Source: Rhodopirellula sp. | GTDB taxonomy: Bacteria; Planctomycetota; Planctomycetia; Planctomycetales; Planctomycetaceae | NCBI GenBank assembly: GCA_013203845.1 | Contig: JABMPE010000622.1 | Span: 1-62,171, forward strand | Reading direction: 5' to 3' | Length of the DNA: 62,171 nt | Part shown: positions 48,273-56,964 of the stretch, piece after piece | Numbering within the stretch: position 1 is the first letter of the stretch | How the letters are laid out: the number at the start of each line of letters is the position of its first letter | Position numbers and translations under genes: made by a program | Notes under the pieces: model-generated | Database searches by the model: none | What the model was told of the DNA's origin: nothing | What the model saw: only the letters and a program-made list of their open reading frames with translations

Positions 48273-48287
48273 CCGGAAAGGACACCG

Positions 48288-49301
48288 ATGAGTTCTGAAA
48301 CTGCCACCGATCCTGACGAAGAACGACGCGTCGTCGAGTTACTGCGCGGTGCTCGTGAGCAGATTTTTACCGAACTGCGGAAAGTCATTATCGGTCAGGA
48401 ACAAGTGATCGAGCAGCTGCTGCTGGCTTTGTTTGCCGGTGGGCATTGTCTGATTACCGGAGCGCCCGGACTGGCGAAGACGCTGCTGGTGCAGTCGGTC
48501 GCTGACCTGTTTCATTTGAAGTTTGCGAGAATCCAGTTCACACCGGACCTCATGCCGGCGGACATCACGGGGACGGAGATTCTCGAACAGGATGAAAACG
48601 GCCAGCGACGGATGGTCTTCGTGCCGGGCCCGATCTTTGCCAACGTGATTCTCGCTGACGAAATCAACCGCACGCCGCCGAAGACGCAATCAGCCATGCT
48701 CGAAGCCATGCAGGAGCATCAGGTCACGGCGGCCGGCAAACGCATGCCGCTCGAAGAACCGTTCTTTGTTCTCGCGACGCAGAATCCGATCGAGATGGAG
48801 GGGACGTACCCGCTGCCCGAAGCTCAGCTCGACCGCTTCATGTTCAATGTCTTTGTCGACTACCTGCCCGAGGATGAAGAAGTCGCCGTTGTGACGCGGA
48901 CGACAGCAGGTCCGAAGGCGCAATTGACACCGCTGTTCGCCGGGAGTGACCTCGTCAGTTTCCGATCTGTCGTGCAGTCAGTACCGATTGCCGAAGACGT
49001 CGCTCGTTACGCCGTTCGTCTGGCCGCGACATCACGTCCTCATCAGGCAACGACTCCCGAATTTATCAACGAATGGGTCAGCTGGGGAGCCGGCCTTCGA
49101 GCAGGTCAGTACCTGGTACTCGGTGCTAAAGTGAAAGCGCTGCTCGACGGCAAGTCGCACGTCAGCATCGACGACATCCGCCACGTCGCTCATCCGGTAA
49201 TGCGACACCGAATCCTGATCAACTACCGCGCTGAAGCCGACGGCATCTCCACCGAACAGGTCATCGACCGACTCCTCGAAACCGTGCAACCACCTGGCTG
49301 A
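48288..49301 (+). CDS. MoxR-family AAA+ ATPase
   Basis: GHCLITGAPGLAKTLL (Walker A), VILADEINRTPPKTQSAMLEAMQE (Walker B/sensor), ATQNPIEMEGTYPLPEAQLDRF. Confidence 0.96.
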   Translation: MSSETATDPDEERRVVELLRGAREQIFTELRKVIIGQEQVIEQLLLALFAGGHCLITGAPGLAKTLLVQSVADLFHLKFARIQFTPDLMPADITGTEILEQDENGQRRMVFVPGPIFANVILADEINRTPPKTQSAMLEAMQEHQVTAAGKRMPLEEPFFVLATQNPIEMEGTYPLPEAQLDRFMFNVFVDYLPEDEEVAVVTRTTAGPKAQLTPLFAGSDLVSFRSVVQSVPIAEDVARYAVRLAATSRPHQATTPEFINEWVSWGAGLRAGQYLVLGAKVKALLDGKSHVSIDDIRHVAHPVMRHRILINYRAEADGISTEQVIDRLLETVQPPG

Positions 49302-49314
49302 CGAGGACAAAGCT

Positions 49315-49397
49315 GTAGGCTGGAACAAGCTCCGCGCAGTTCCGGCAGAAAAACAATCGTGCCTTGCCGGAACGGCGCGGAGCTTGTTCCAGCCTAC
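49315..49397. repeat. REPIN-like palindromic element, family A, copy 3 (near perfect)
   Basis: GTAGGCTGGAACAAGCTCCGCGCAGTTCCGGCA, a 17-nt loop, then TGCCGGAACGGCGCGGAGCTTGTTCCAGCCTAC. The 33-nt arms have one mismatch. It lies between the MoxR and DUF58 genes. Confidence 0.85.
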
Positions 49398-49416
49398 TCA
49401 TTGAGTCGAAATTACA

Positions 49417-50376
49417 ATGCCTTCTCCACAATCATCATCCTTCGGACGCCATGCCGATCCCGCTGTTCTGATGCGGATTCGGTCGCTGGAGTTGCGCGTG
49501 AAGGCGGTGATGGAAGGCTTTTTCAACGGGCTGCATCGTTCGCCGTTCCACGGGTTCTCGGTCGAGTTCAGCGCGTATCGTCAATACACAGACGGAGACG
49601 ATCCCCGGTATCTCGACTGGAAAGTCGCGGCGAGATCCGATCGGTACTACATCAAGCTTTACGAGGACGAAACCAATCTGCGCTGCAACCTGCTGGTCGA
49701 CAACAGCAGGTCGATGAGTTTCGGCAGCCTCGACTACACCAAGGCAGACTACGCAAAGACGCTGGCGGCCTGTCTGGCCTGGGCACTTACTCAGCAACGC
49801 GATGCCGCTGGCCTGATCGTGTTTGACGAGGATGTGGAAGACATCATTCCGGCACGGTTCCGGCACGGGCAGTTGCGGCAGATTCTGATGGCGCTGGAGA
49901 AGGCCGAACAGGGGGCATCAACTGACCTGACGAAGCCGCTGGAACGAGTCGCCGGGCAGGTTCGTAAACGGGGGCTGGTCGTGCTGATTTCCGACCTGCT
50001 GGCTCCCGTGGATGGGCTGGAACGAAATCTTGGATACCTCGCAGCTGCCGGTCATGAACTCGTGGTGTTCCAGATTCTCGACCCGCAGGAATTGAGTTTT
50101 GAATTCGACGCACCCGCGCTCTTTCAGGACATGGAATCCGGCCAGGAAATTTATGTGGATCCCGGTTCTGCTCGGAAGCAGTATCAGGAGCGACTCCAGA
50201 AACATCTCGCCCTTGTGCAGGCAACATGTGAAAAACTGGGAGCGATCTACGAACTCTGTGCGACTGATCGTCCGCTGGAGATTGCCCTGTCCGAGTTCAT
50301 GCTGCGGCGGCAGAAGATGAAGGCCGGTTCCGCTCGCATTCCGCAGCGTCGTTCGCCGGCAGGGAGGTCGACATGA
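49417..50376 (+). CDS. DUF58 (vWA-like) protein, canonical MoxR partner
   Basis: HRSPFHGFSVEFSAYRQYTDGDDPRYLDWKV and the MIDAS-like LLVDNSRSMSFGS. It overlaps the next gene by 4 nt. Confidence 0.9.
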   Translation: MPSPQSSSFGRHADPAVLMRIRSLELRVKAVMEGFFNGLHRSPFHGFSVEFSAYRQYTDGDDPRYLDWKVAARSDRYYIKLYEDETNLRCNLLVDNSRSMSFGSLDYTKADYAKTLAACLAWALTQQRDAAGLIVFDEDVEDIIPARFRHGQLRQILMALEKAEQGASTDLTKPLERVAGQVRKRGLVVLISDLLAPVDGLERNLGYLAAAGHELVVFQILDPQELSFEFDAPALFQDMESGQEIYVDPGSARKQYQERLQKHLALVQATCEKLGAIYELCATDRPLEIALSEFMLRRQKMKAGSARIPQRRSPAGRST

Positions 50377-52484
50377 GCTTTCTCGCTCCGTTATATCTTG
50401 CCGGCCTGGCGGCCATCGGTCTGCCGATTCTGTTCCACATGATCCGGCGAACGCCCAAAGGCAAAGTGCCGTTCAGCACGCTGATGTTTCTGGAAGCGTC
50501 GCCGCCCAAAGTCACCAGCCGATCAAAGATCGAACACTGGCTGCTGCTGCTGATCCGGGCGACCGCGTTGATCCTGCTGGCTCTGGCCTTCTCGCGACCG
50601 TTTCTGCGGCAGAGCGAAGACATGGCCGTCGATACCGAAAGCAAGCGACGAGCGATCCTGGTCGACGTCAGCGCGAGCATGCGTCGCGACGGACTCTGGG
50701 AACAGGTCACCCGCATAGTCGACGCGATTCTGAAGGATGTGAAGGCGGACGATTCCGTCGGGTTGTTTGTTTTCGATCAGGAACTGCTGCCACTTCTGTC
50801 GTTCGAAGAGTGGGCTGGTTTGCAGGCCGGACATCAGACTGCTGTCGCTCAGAAACGGCTGCAGGAAGTCACGCCTGGCTGGATGGGCACGAACCTGGGT
50901 GTCGTACTTCCCGAAGCCGTGAACGCCGCCCTGGATGAAGCTGGCGACACAGAGGCGTCTCGCGCGACGGAGGTCATCGTCATTACCGATCTGCAGCGAG
51001 GCAGCCGTATTGAAGGCCTGCAGACGTTCGAGTGGCCAGACTCGGTCACTGTCGATATTCAGAGGGTCGAAACAAAAACGACCGGTAACGCGTCCGTGCA
51101 GGTGATCGGTAGCGTTGATGGGAAATCCGGTTTACGGGTCCGCGTTGAAAACGTCGCCGACTCACCGCATGAGAGATTCAAAGTCCAGACCTCGAATGAA
51201 TCAGCAGACGGAACGGCTTCCGGGGTGTCAGCAATTCAGCAGGAGGTCCACGTGCCGCCTGAGCAGAATCGGGTGGTGCAGTTCAAAGATGTCTCGGCGA
51301 CAACGAAGCCGATTATGGTTTCTCTGAGCGGAGACGACGATGGCTTCGACAACCAGGCCTGGTACGTGAAGCCTCAGACGGCACGCGTTCCAGTCCTGTA
51401 TCGCGGTGCCGGCGCAATGAGCGACCCGAATGAGCTTCGGTATTACCTCGAACGAGCGTTTCTTTCGACTCCAGCGCGGGCCATTGACTTCTATGCAGAT
51501 AGCGATGGTAACACGCCAGACGAAACGTGGATGACCGGCCTGTCGGTCGTTGCGAAGCTGCTGGATTCGGAACAACTCCGCCTGTCGAGCAAAGCGGTCG
51601 AAGATGGGTGGACGTTGATTGTTGTCGGGAATTCAATCGAGACGTGTCGGCAGGCGTTCTCTATCGTTGGGCTTGAATCGCCGGACGTTTCCGAAGCGAA
51701 TGTCGAAGGGTACGCCATGCTGTCAGACGTTGATCTGGAACATCCGGTGTTTCAGCCATTCAACGACGTGCGACTGGCTGACTTCACGAAACTCCCGATC
51801 TGGAAGCATCGAGTGATTGAGGGCCAGCTTCCGGAACATGCCCGCGTACTGGCTTCGCTGGATGGGCAACATCCCGCCATTGTGGAACTGCCACATGGCA
51901 ACGGTCGCGTGCTGCTGTTTACTTTCGGATGGCAGAACGACGACAGCCAGTTTGTGCTGTCTTCCAAGTTTGTGCCGCTGATGAATTCGCTGGTCGACGA
52001 CTTTGCGGGGACCAGTGTCGAACCGTCACGAGCGATCGTCGGTGATCAGTTTCCGGTTCACACTCTGACCGGTTCAGCCACGGGCGAAATGACAATCATC
52101 GCTCCGTCGGGGTTGGAGCAGGGGCTGGAAATTTCTCCATTGGCGTTCGCCGTCCTGACCGAACCCGGCGTTTACCAATTCAAATGGGTCGACCGGGACG
52201 GGCCGAGAACTGCCAGCATCGCGGCGAATCTTGATCCGCTGGAAAGTCGCACCGACGCTCTGGGACTGGATGAAATCCGGGCGTTGGGGGTGCCTCTACC
52301 GGACATCGTCGAAGCTCGTCTGACCATTGATGAAAAACGACAGCTGCTGGCTCGCGAACTGGAGTCTCGACAGAGGTTCTGGCAGTGGGTCATTCTGGTG
52401 GGAATCCTGCTGCTGCTGCTGGAAACCTGGCTGGCCGGATATCTGGCCGGAGGAGAGGCTCAAAGTGGACCTGACACAACATGA
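50373..52484 (+). CDS. BatA-like protein: N-terminal double-TM domain plus vWA domain plus large extracytoplasmic region, with a C-terminal TM helix
   Basis: MSFLAPLYLAGLAAIGLPILFHMIRR...WLLLLIRATALILLALAFSRPF (aerotolerance-operon BatA N-terminal type) and the MIDAS-like ILVDVSASMRRDG. Confidence 0.85.
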   Translation: MSFLAPLYLAGLAAIGLPILFHMIRRTPKGKVPFSTLMFLEASPPKVTSRSKIEHWLLLLIRATALILLALAFSRPFLRQSEDMAVDTESKRRAILVDVSASMRRDGLWEQVTRIVDAILKDVKADDSVGLFVFDQELLPLLSFEEWAGLQAGHQTAVAQKRLQEVTPGWMGTNLGVVLPEAVNAALDEAGDTEASRATEVIVITDLQRGSRIEGLQTFEWPDSVTVDIQRVETKTTGNASVQVIGSVDGKSGLRVRVENVADSPHERFKVQTSNESADGTASGVSAIQQEVHVPPEQNRVVQFKDVSATTKPIMVSLSGDDDGFDNQAWYVKPQTARVPVLYRGAGAMSDPNELRYYLERAFLSTPARAIDFYADSDGNTPDETWMTGLSVVAKLLDSEQLRLSSKAVEDGWTLIVVGNSIETCRQAFSIVGLESPDVSEANVEGYAMLSDVDLEHPVFQPFNDVRLADFTKLPIWKHRVIEGQLPEHARVLASLDGQHPAIVELPHGNGRVLLFTFGWQNDDSQFVLSSKFVPLMNSLVDDFAGTSVEPSRAIVGDQFPVHTLTGSATGEMTIIAPSGLEQGLEISPLAFAVLTEPGVYQFKWVDRDGPRTASIAANLDPLESRTDALGLDEIRALGVPLPDIVEARLTIDEKRQLLARELESRQRFWQWVILVGILLLLLETWLAGYLAGGEAQSGPDTT

Positions 52485-52498
52485 CTTTATGACTTTGC

Positions 52499-52562
52499 GT
52501 AGGGTGCGTCTTGACGCACCAGTGGCTTACGTGACGCTTTGGTGCGTCAAGACGCACCCTAC
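52499..52562. repeat. Palindromic element, family B, with GTAGG...CCTAC termini
   Basis: GTAGGGTGCGTCTTGACGCACCA, an 18-nt loop, then TGGTGCGTCAAGACGCACCCTAC. The 23-nt arms are perfectly complementary, and each arm is itself nearly palindromic. Confidence 0.8.
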
Positions 52563-52581
52563 GAAGTTCTGACATTTCTCA

Positions 52582-52655
52582 CGCGAAGGCGCAAAGACGC
52601 TAAGGAAAGTACTTGAAACAAGACATCTCTTCATCCTTCGCGACTTAGCGCCTTC
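52582..52655. repeat. Second imperfect inverted repeat in the same intergenic region
   Basis: CGCGAAGGCGCAAAGACGCTAAGGA (52582-52606) against TCCTTCGCGACTTAGCGCCTTC (52634-52655). The GAAGGCGC/GCGCCTTC and GCTAAGGA/TCCTTCGC blocks pair. Confidence 0.5.
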
Positions 52656-52690
52656 ATTCTGTTTTCAAACTGACTTTTGAGGCAGTCCAC

Positions 52691-55600
52691 ATGGACCAGC
52701 ACATTTCTCGACAACTCAACTTCGTCGTTCGACGCTTAATCCGCCTGCGTTGCTGGTGGGCACTCAGCTGGCTCTGGTCGCTGGTCGCGCTGGTTACAGC
52801 GATCGTTGTCATGACGCTGCCAGTGGGCAATCAGGCAGTGACTGTCTTCAACGCTCTGTTCTGTGCCGCGCTGCTGGGATCGGCCTGGCTGGTGCGACCG
52901 CGACGGGTTTCAGAACAGCAGAAACTTGCCACGGCGAGGTTGATCGAGCAACGCTGGCCTGACCTGAATCAGCGACTTCTGACGGTTATTGAGCAAACGC
53001 CGAACGCGGCAGCTGGTGGTTTCTCGTGGCTGCAGCAGGAACTGGCGAGCGAAGTCCGCTCGCATTCGTACTCGCACGACTGGAAAGACGGCGTTCCGAC
53101 GCGACGCATTCTGACTCGTGTGGCGACGACGCTGTGTGCAATCGTGCTTTCAGTTTGCCTGGCGGATCAATTGCGAACAGAAGCTGGTTCCGCGTTGGCT
53201 GCTCTCGATGAGCCGACTCCTGAAGAGCAATTGAACAACTCCGCACTTGAAGCATTCAACGTCAGTGTGGAACCAGGAACTGCGGAAGTCGAACGCGGCA
53301 GGGCTCTGCTGATTACAGCGACATTTGACGGTCGATTGCCGTCGACGGTCACGATGCTCGAAGACCCTGGCAAAGCGACGGCTGAAAAACTGGAAACAGA
53401 CGAGTCAAACGCCAGCGCGAGACCGATGCGTCAAAGCCTGAAAGACCCACTGTTCGGGACTCGACTGCCGAGTGTTGATTCGTCGTTTGAATATCAGATT
53501 CAGTTTGATGATCAGAGAACCGAAGTCTTCCGGATCAGCGTTTACGATCTTCCGCGCGTTGCTCAGGTCGATGCGCTGATCGAGTTTCCTTCGTACTCGG
53601 ACATGCCGAACGAGCTGATTGAAGACACGTGGCGAGTCTCGACGGTCGAAGGCTCGTCGGTTGTCTTGAAGTGCCGGCTCAATAAGCAGATCGCGGACGG
53701 GCGACTGATTGATGAAGACGGTCGCGAGTTTGAACTTCTTGCCGCAACATCGATATCAACGACGTCCATAACACCGCGCAATGGCGATGTCGAACCGACT
53801 GCGAACGAGCCACCGGGAGTGCTCTATCAAACGCGAATTCCCGTCGACAAAACGCGGCGACTGACGTTCCGGTTGACCGACGACAAAGGTCGCCGCAATC
53901 GTGAAGAGGACGAATTCGTGCTGACGGCGGTGCCGAATCGACCGCCGGAAATCAAGCTCGTCTTTCCCGGTCGTGACTTAAGAGTGTCACCGATCGAAGA
54001 ACTTCAGCTGGAAGCGACTGTGTGGGACGACTTCGGCATCAGCGAGCACGGTGTGGTTCTCGCCCTGGCGGATCGAGAACCCAGGACGATTTCTCTCGGT
54101 GAAAAAGCCGCCGCCAGGCAGAAGCACGAACTGGCTCACCTGCTGGCTCTGGAACCGGAACACGCCGAACCCGACCAGCTCGTGTCCTACTATTTCTTCG
54201 CGGACGATTTCGGTGTGGCGGGCGAGAAACGTCGCACGATGTCGGACATGTTCTTCGCCGAGGTGCGGCACTTCGAGGAAATCTTCCGGGAAGGTCAGCC
54301 ACCACCAGGTGGCGCACCACCGGCGGAAAGCAAGAACGCGAAAAAGGCCGAAGAACTTGGCGAGCTGCAGAAGCAGATTATCGCCGCCACGTGGAAGATC
54401 ATTCGCCGCGAGACTCGCGACGAAGTTTCGCCCGCTTTCGCCGACGACGTCACGTTGCTGGTCGAGTCTCAGCAGGAAGCGATCAGCCAAATGAATGAAC
54501 TGATCGAAGAGCTGGAAGACGCTCAGTCGAAGATGTACGCGGCGGACGTTGTGGAAGCCATGAAAACCGCCGTCGTACGGCTGGTGGAAACTCACGAAAA
54601 AATGAAGTCGGACTTGCTGACTCCGGCACTCACCGCTGAGCGGGCCGCTTATCAGGGGTTGCTGAAGTTGCGTGCTCGCGAGCATCAGGTCACGCAGCAG
54701 CAAAGCAGTCCGAGCAAAAGCAGCGGCTCGAAAAGTGCCTCGCAGCAGCAGCTCGATCAGCTCGAACTGGACAACAAGAAGAACCGGTACGAGGCCGAGC
54801 AGCAGGCGAATCAGCAGGAACTGGAACAGCAGAACCGTGAGGAGTTGCAGGTTCTCAACCGGCTGCGCGAACTGGCCCGGCGTCAGGGTGACCTTAATCA
54901 GAAGCTGAAAGAGCTGGAACACGAACTCAAAGCCGCGAAGACTGAGGCGGAGCAGGAAGAAATCGAACGTCAGCTGAAACGGCTTCGTGAAGAACAGAAG
55001 GAGTTGCTGCGCGACGTTGACGAGCTGAAGGACCGGATGGAGAAACCAGAGAACCAGCAGGAGATGGCCGACACTCGCGAGAAGCTCGAAGACACGCGTT
55101 CCAAAGTGCGTCAGGCATCCGAAGCTCTTGAGGAAGGCAAGCTGTCTCAGGCGTTGAATGAAGGAACGCGAGCAGAACGCGAACTGGAAAAGTTGCGGGA
55201 TGAAGTTCGTCAGAAAGCCGCCGGTCAGTTTGGCGAGGCGATGAAAGATCTTCGGCAGCAGGCTCGCGAGATCGGCCAGCGACAGGATCAGATTGCCGAG
55301 GCTTTGAATCAGAACGCTCCGCAGCAAGGCGAACGTCCCTCGTTGCGAACGAAGCAGAAACCGTCTGGCGAAAAGTTGCAGGAACAACTGGACGAGCAGC
55401 ACGAGCAGCTGGATCAGGTCATGGAGAAAATGCGGGAAGTTGTCGAGAAGGCTGACACGGCGGAACCGCTGCTCGCGCGGCAACTTTACGAAACCGTGCG
55501 TAAGACTCGTTCGGATCGAGCCAGCGAAGCTCTGGACGAAACGCGTGATCTGAACCGGCGAGGTCTGACCAAAGATGCGGCGGTTGCTGAACGGCGTGCT

Positions 55601-56818
55601 CACGATAGTCTCGACCGCATGCAGAAGGGCATCGAGCAGGCGGCGGAAGCGGTACTTGGTAACGAGTTGGAAACTCTGAAACGAGCGAGTCGCGAACTGG
55701 CTGAAGCTGGCAAAGCCGTGCAGCAGGAACTGGCTCAGGCCGATCCGGAAGAGCTGCAGAAAATGAGAAACGGTCGGGAAGCGGCTGATCCTGGCGCCGA
55801 AGAAAATCCAGCAGGAAACAGTCGTCAGGATGGCAGTGGCCAGTCATCGAAGCCCGGAGATCAGAAGGCTGATGAGCAAACTGAAGGATCTCAGAGTCAG
55901 CAGCAGGATGGCACAAAGACAGAGCAGAAGCCGGGCGATGTTACGCCGAAATCTCAACAGCAGAAGGGCGACGCAACGGGAGAAGGAAATCAGAAACCTG
56001 GTGACAAACCCGGCGCTGCAAAATCCGATAACGAAAACCAGCAGGGATCGGGCGAGGGACAGAAGCCAGGCCAGCAGCCTTCGAATTCGGATCAGAAAGG
56101 CCAGGGAGGAAAACCCGGAGAGCAGCCTGGCCAGGAATCGACGGGTGCAGGCAAGCCTCAGTCCGGCAACCCGTCGCGGAATCCCGACGGACAACAGAAG
56201 TCGGACACTCCGGGTGAGCCGAAAGGCCAGGGGCAAAGCCAGCAGGGTGACGGTCAATCTCCAGGCGGTAAACCCGGCGAAGGCCAGAGCGAGCCTGGAC
56301 AGTCATCTGGCGGGCAGGGAGAAGGTCAGTCGCCTTCAGAATCACAAGGCCAGCAGGCCGGTCAACAACCCGGTCCGCGTCAACGTCCGGGATTGAGGCC
56401 GCCGACAAACCAGCCGTCTCAACCGGGTTCGCAGCGGTCGGAGACGGCGCAGGGGCAAGGCGGATCCACAGGCCCCGGCAATCCGATTACCGGCCAGGGT
56501 TTTGTGCAATGGTCAGATCAGATCCGGAACGTGGAAGAGTTGATCGATGATCCGAAACTGCGGGCCGAAGTCGCTCGAATTCGTGAAGCAGCACGCAGCA
56601 TGAGAGCCGAATTCAAGCGACATTCGAAAGAGCCTCAATGGGGACTGGTTCGCATGGAGATACTCGAACCGCTGGCGGAGATTCAGGAAAAAATTCGCGA
56701 AGAGATCGCTCGTCGAGAATCTCCGGATTCCCTGGTACCGATCGATCGCGATCCGGTCCCGGATAAGTATGCGGAACTCGTGCGACGTTATTACGAACGG
56801 ATCGGATCAGGGAAGTAG
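52691..56818 (+). CDS. 1375-aa membrane-anchored protein (DUF4175-like): 2 TM helices, beta-rich region, long charged coiled coil, Q/G/P/S-rich low-complexity region, conserved-looking C-terminal domain
   Basis: N-terminal helices (WWALSWLWSLVALVTAIVVMTL; FNALFCAALLGSAWLV), heptad-like charged repeats (EQQANQQELEQQNREELQVLNRLRELARRQGDLNQKLKELEHELKAAK...), and a low-complexity segment (GEGQSEPGQSSGGQGEGQSPSESQGQQAGQQPGP...). Confidence 0.8.
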   Translation: MDQHISRQLNFVVRRLIRLRCWWALSWLWSLVALVTAIVVMTLPVGNQAVTVFNALFCAALLGSAWLVRPRRVSEQQKLATARLIEQRWPDLNQRLLTVIEQTPNAAAGGFSWLQQELASEVRSHSYSHDWKDGVPTRRILTRVATTLCAIVLSVCLADQLRTEAGSALAALDEPTPEEQLNNSALEAFNVSVEPGTAEVERGRALLITATFDGRLPSTVTMLEDPGKATAEKLETDESNASARPMRQSLKDPLFGTRLPSVDSSFEYQIQFDDQRTEVFRISVYDLPRVAQVDALIEFPSYSDMPNELIEDTWRVSTVEGSSVVLKCRLNKQIADGRLIDEDGREFELLAATSISTTSITPRNGDVEPTANEPPGVLYQTRIPVDKTRRLTFRLTDDKGRRNREEDEFVLTAVPNRPPEIKLVFPGRDLRVSPIEELQLEATVWDDFGISEHGVVLALADREPRTISLGEKAAARQKHELAHLLALEPEHAEPDQLVSYYFFADDFGVAGEKRRTMSDMFFAEVRHFEEIFREGQPPPGGAPPAESKNAKKAEELGELQKQIIAATWKIIRRETRDEVSPAFADDVTLLVESQQEAISQMNELIEELEDAQSKMYAADVVEAMKTAVVRLVETHEKMKSDLLTPALTAERAAYQGLLKLRAREHQVTQQQSSPSKSSGSKSASQQQLDQLELDNKKNRYEAEQQANQQELEQQNREELQVLNRLRELARRQGDLNQKLKELEHELKAAKTEAEQEEIERQLKRLREEQKELLRDVDELKDRMEKPENQQEMADTREKLEDTRSKVRQASEALEEGKLSQALNEGTRAERELEKLRDEVRQKAAGQFGEAMKDLRQQAREIGQRQDQIAEALNQNAPQQGERPSLRTKQKPSGEKLQEQLDEQHEQLDQVMEKMREVVEKADTAEPLLARQLYETVRKTRSDRASEALDETRDLNRRGLTKDAAVAERRAHDSLDRMQKGIEQAAEAVLGNELETLKRASRELAEAGKAVQQELAQADPEELQKMRNGREAADPGAEENPAGNSRQDGSGQSSKPGDQKADEQTEGSQSQQQDGTKTEQKPGDVTPKSQQQKGDATGEGNQKPGDKPGAAKSDNENQQGSGEGQKPGQQPSNSDQKGQGGKPGEQPGQESTGAGKPQSGNPSRNPDGQQKSDTPGEPKGQGQSQQGDGQSPGGKPGEGQSEPGQSSGGQGEGQSPSESQGQQAGQQPGPRQRPGLRPPTNQPSQPGSQRSETAQGQGGSTGPGNPITGQGFVQWSDQIRNVEELIDDPKLRAEVARIREAARSMRAEFKRHSKEPQWGLVRMEILEPLAEIQEKIREEIARRESPDSLVPIDRDPVPDKYAELVRRYYERIGSGK

Positions 56819-56964
56819 TTTGGTAGCTGATCGAAGTTTTCCTCCAGAAGGAACTCTGTTCAAGAACTCAAACGAGTGGTTCGACCACCAGCCATCCAAC
56901 TTACATCACTCATGCCCGATGTTCTACTAGTCAACGCAATGCGTGAATTTTCAAGAGACTCGAT

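Noticed and set aside
53987-55603. A 538-aa ORF antisense to the 1375-aa gene.
   Set aside because: It is generated by the monotonous GAG/CAG/CTG codon usage of the coiled-coil region. The translation is an L/F/Q-rich low-complexity string, and no independent start context was seen.
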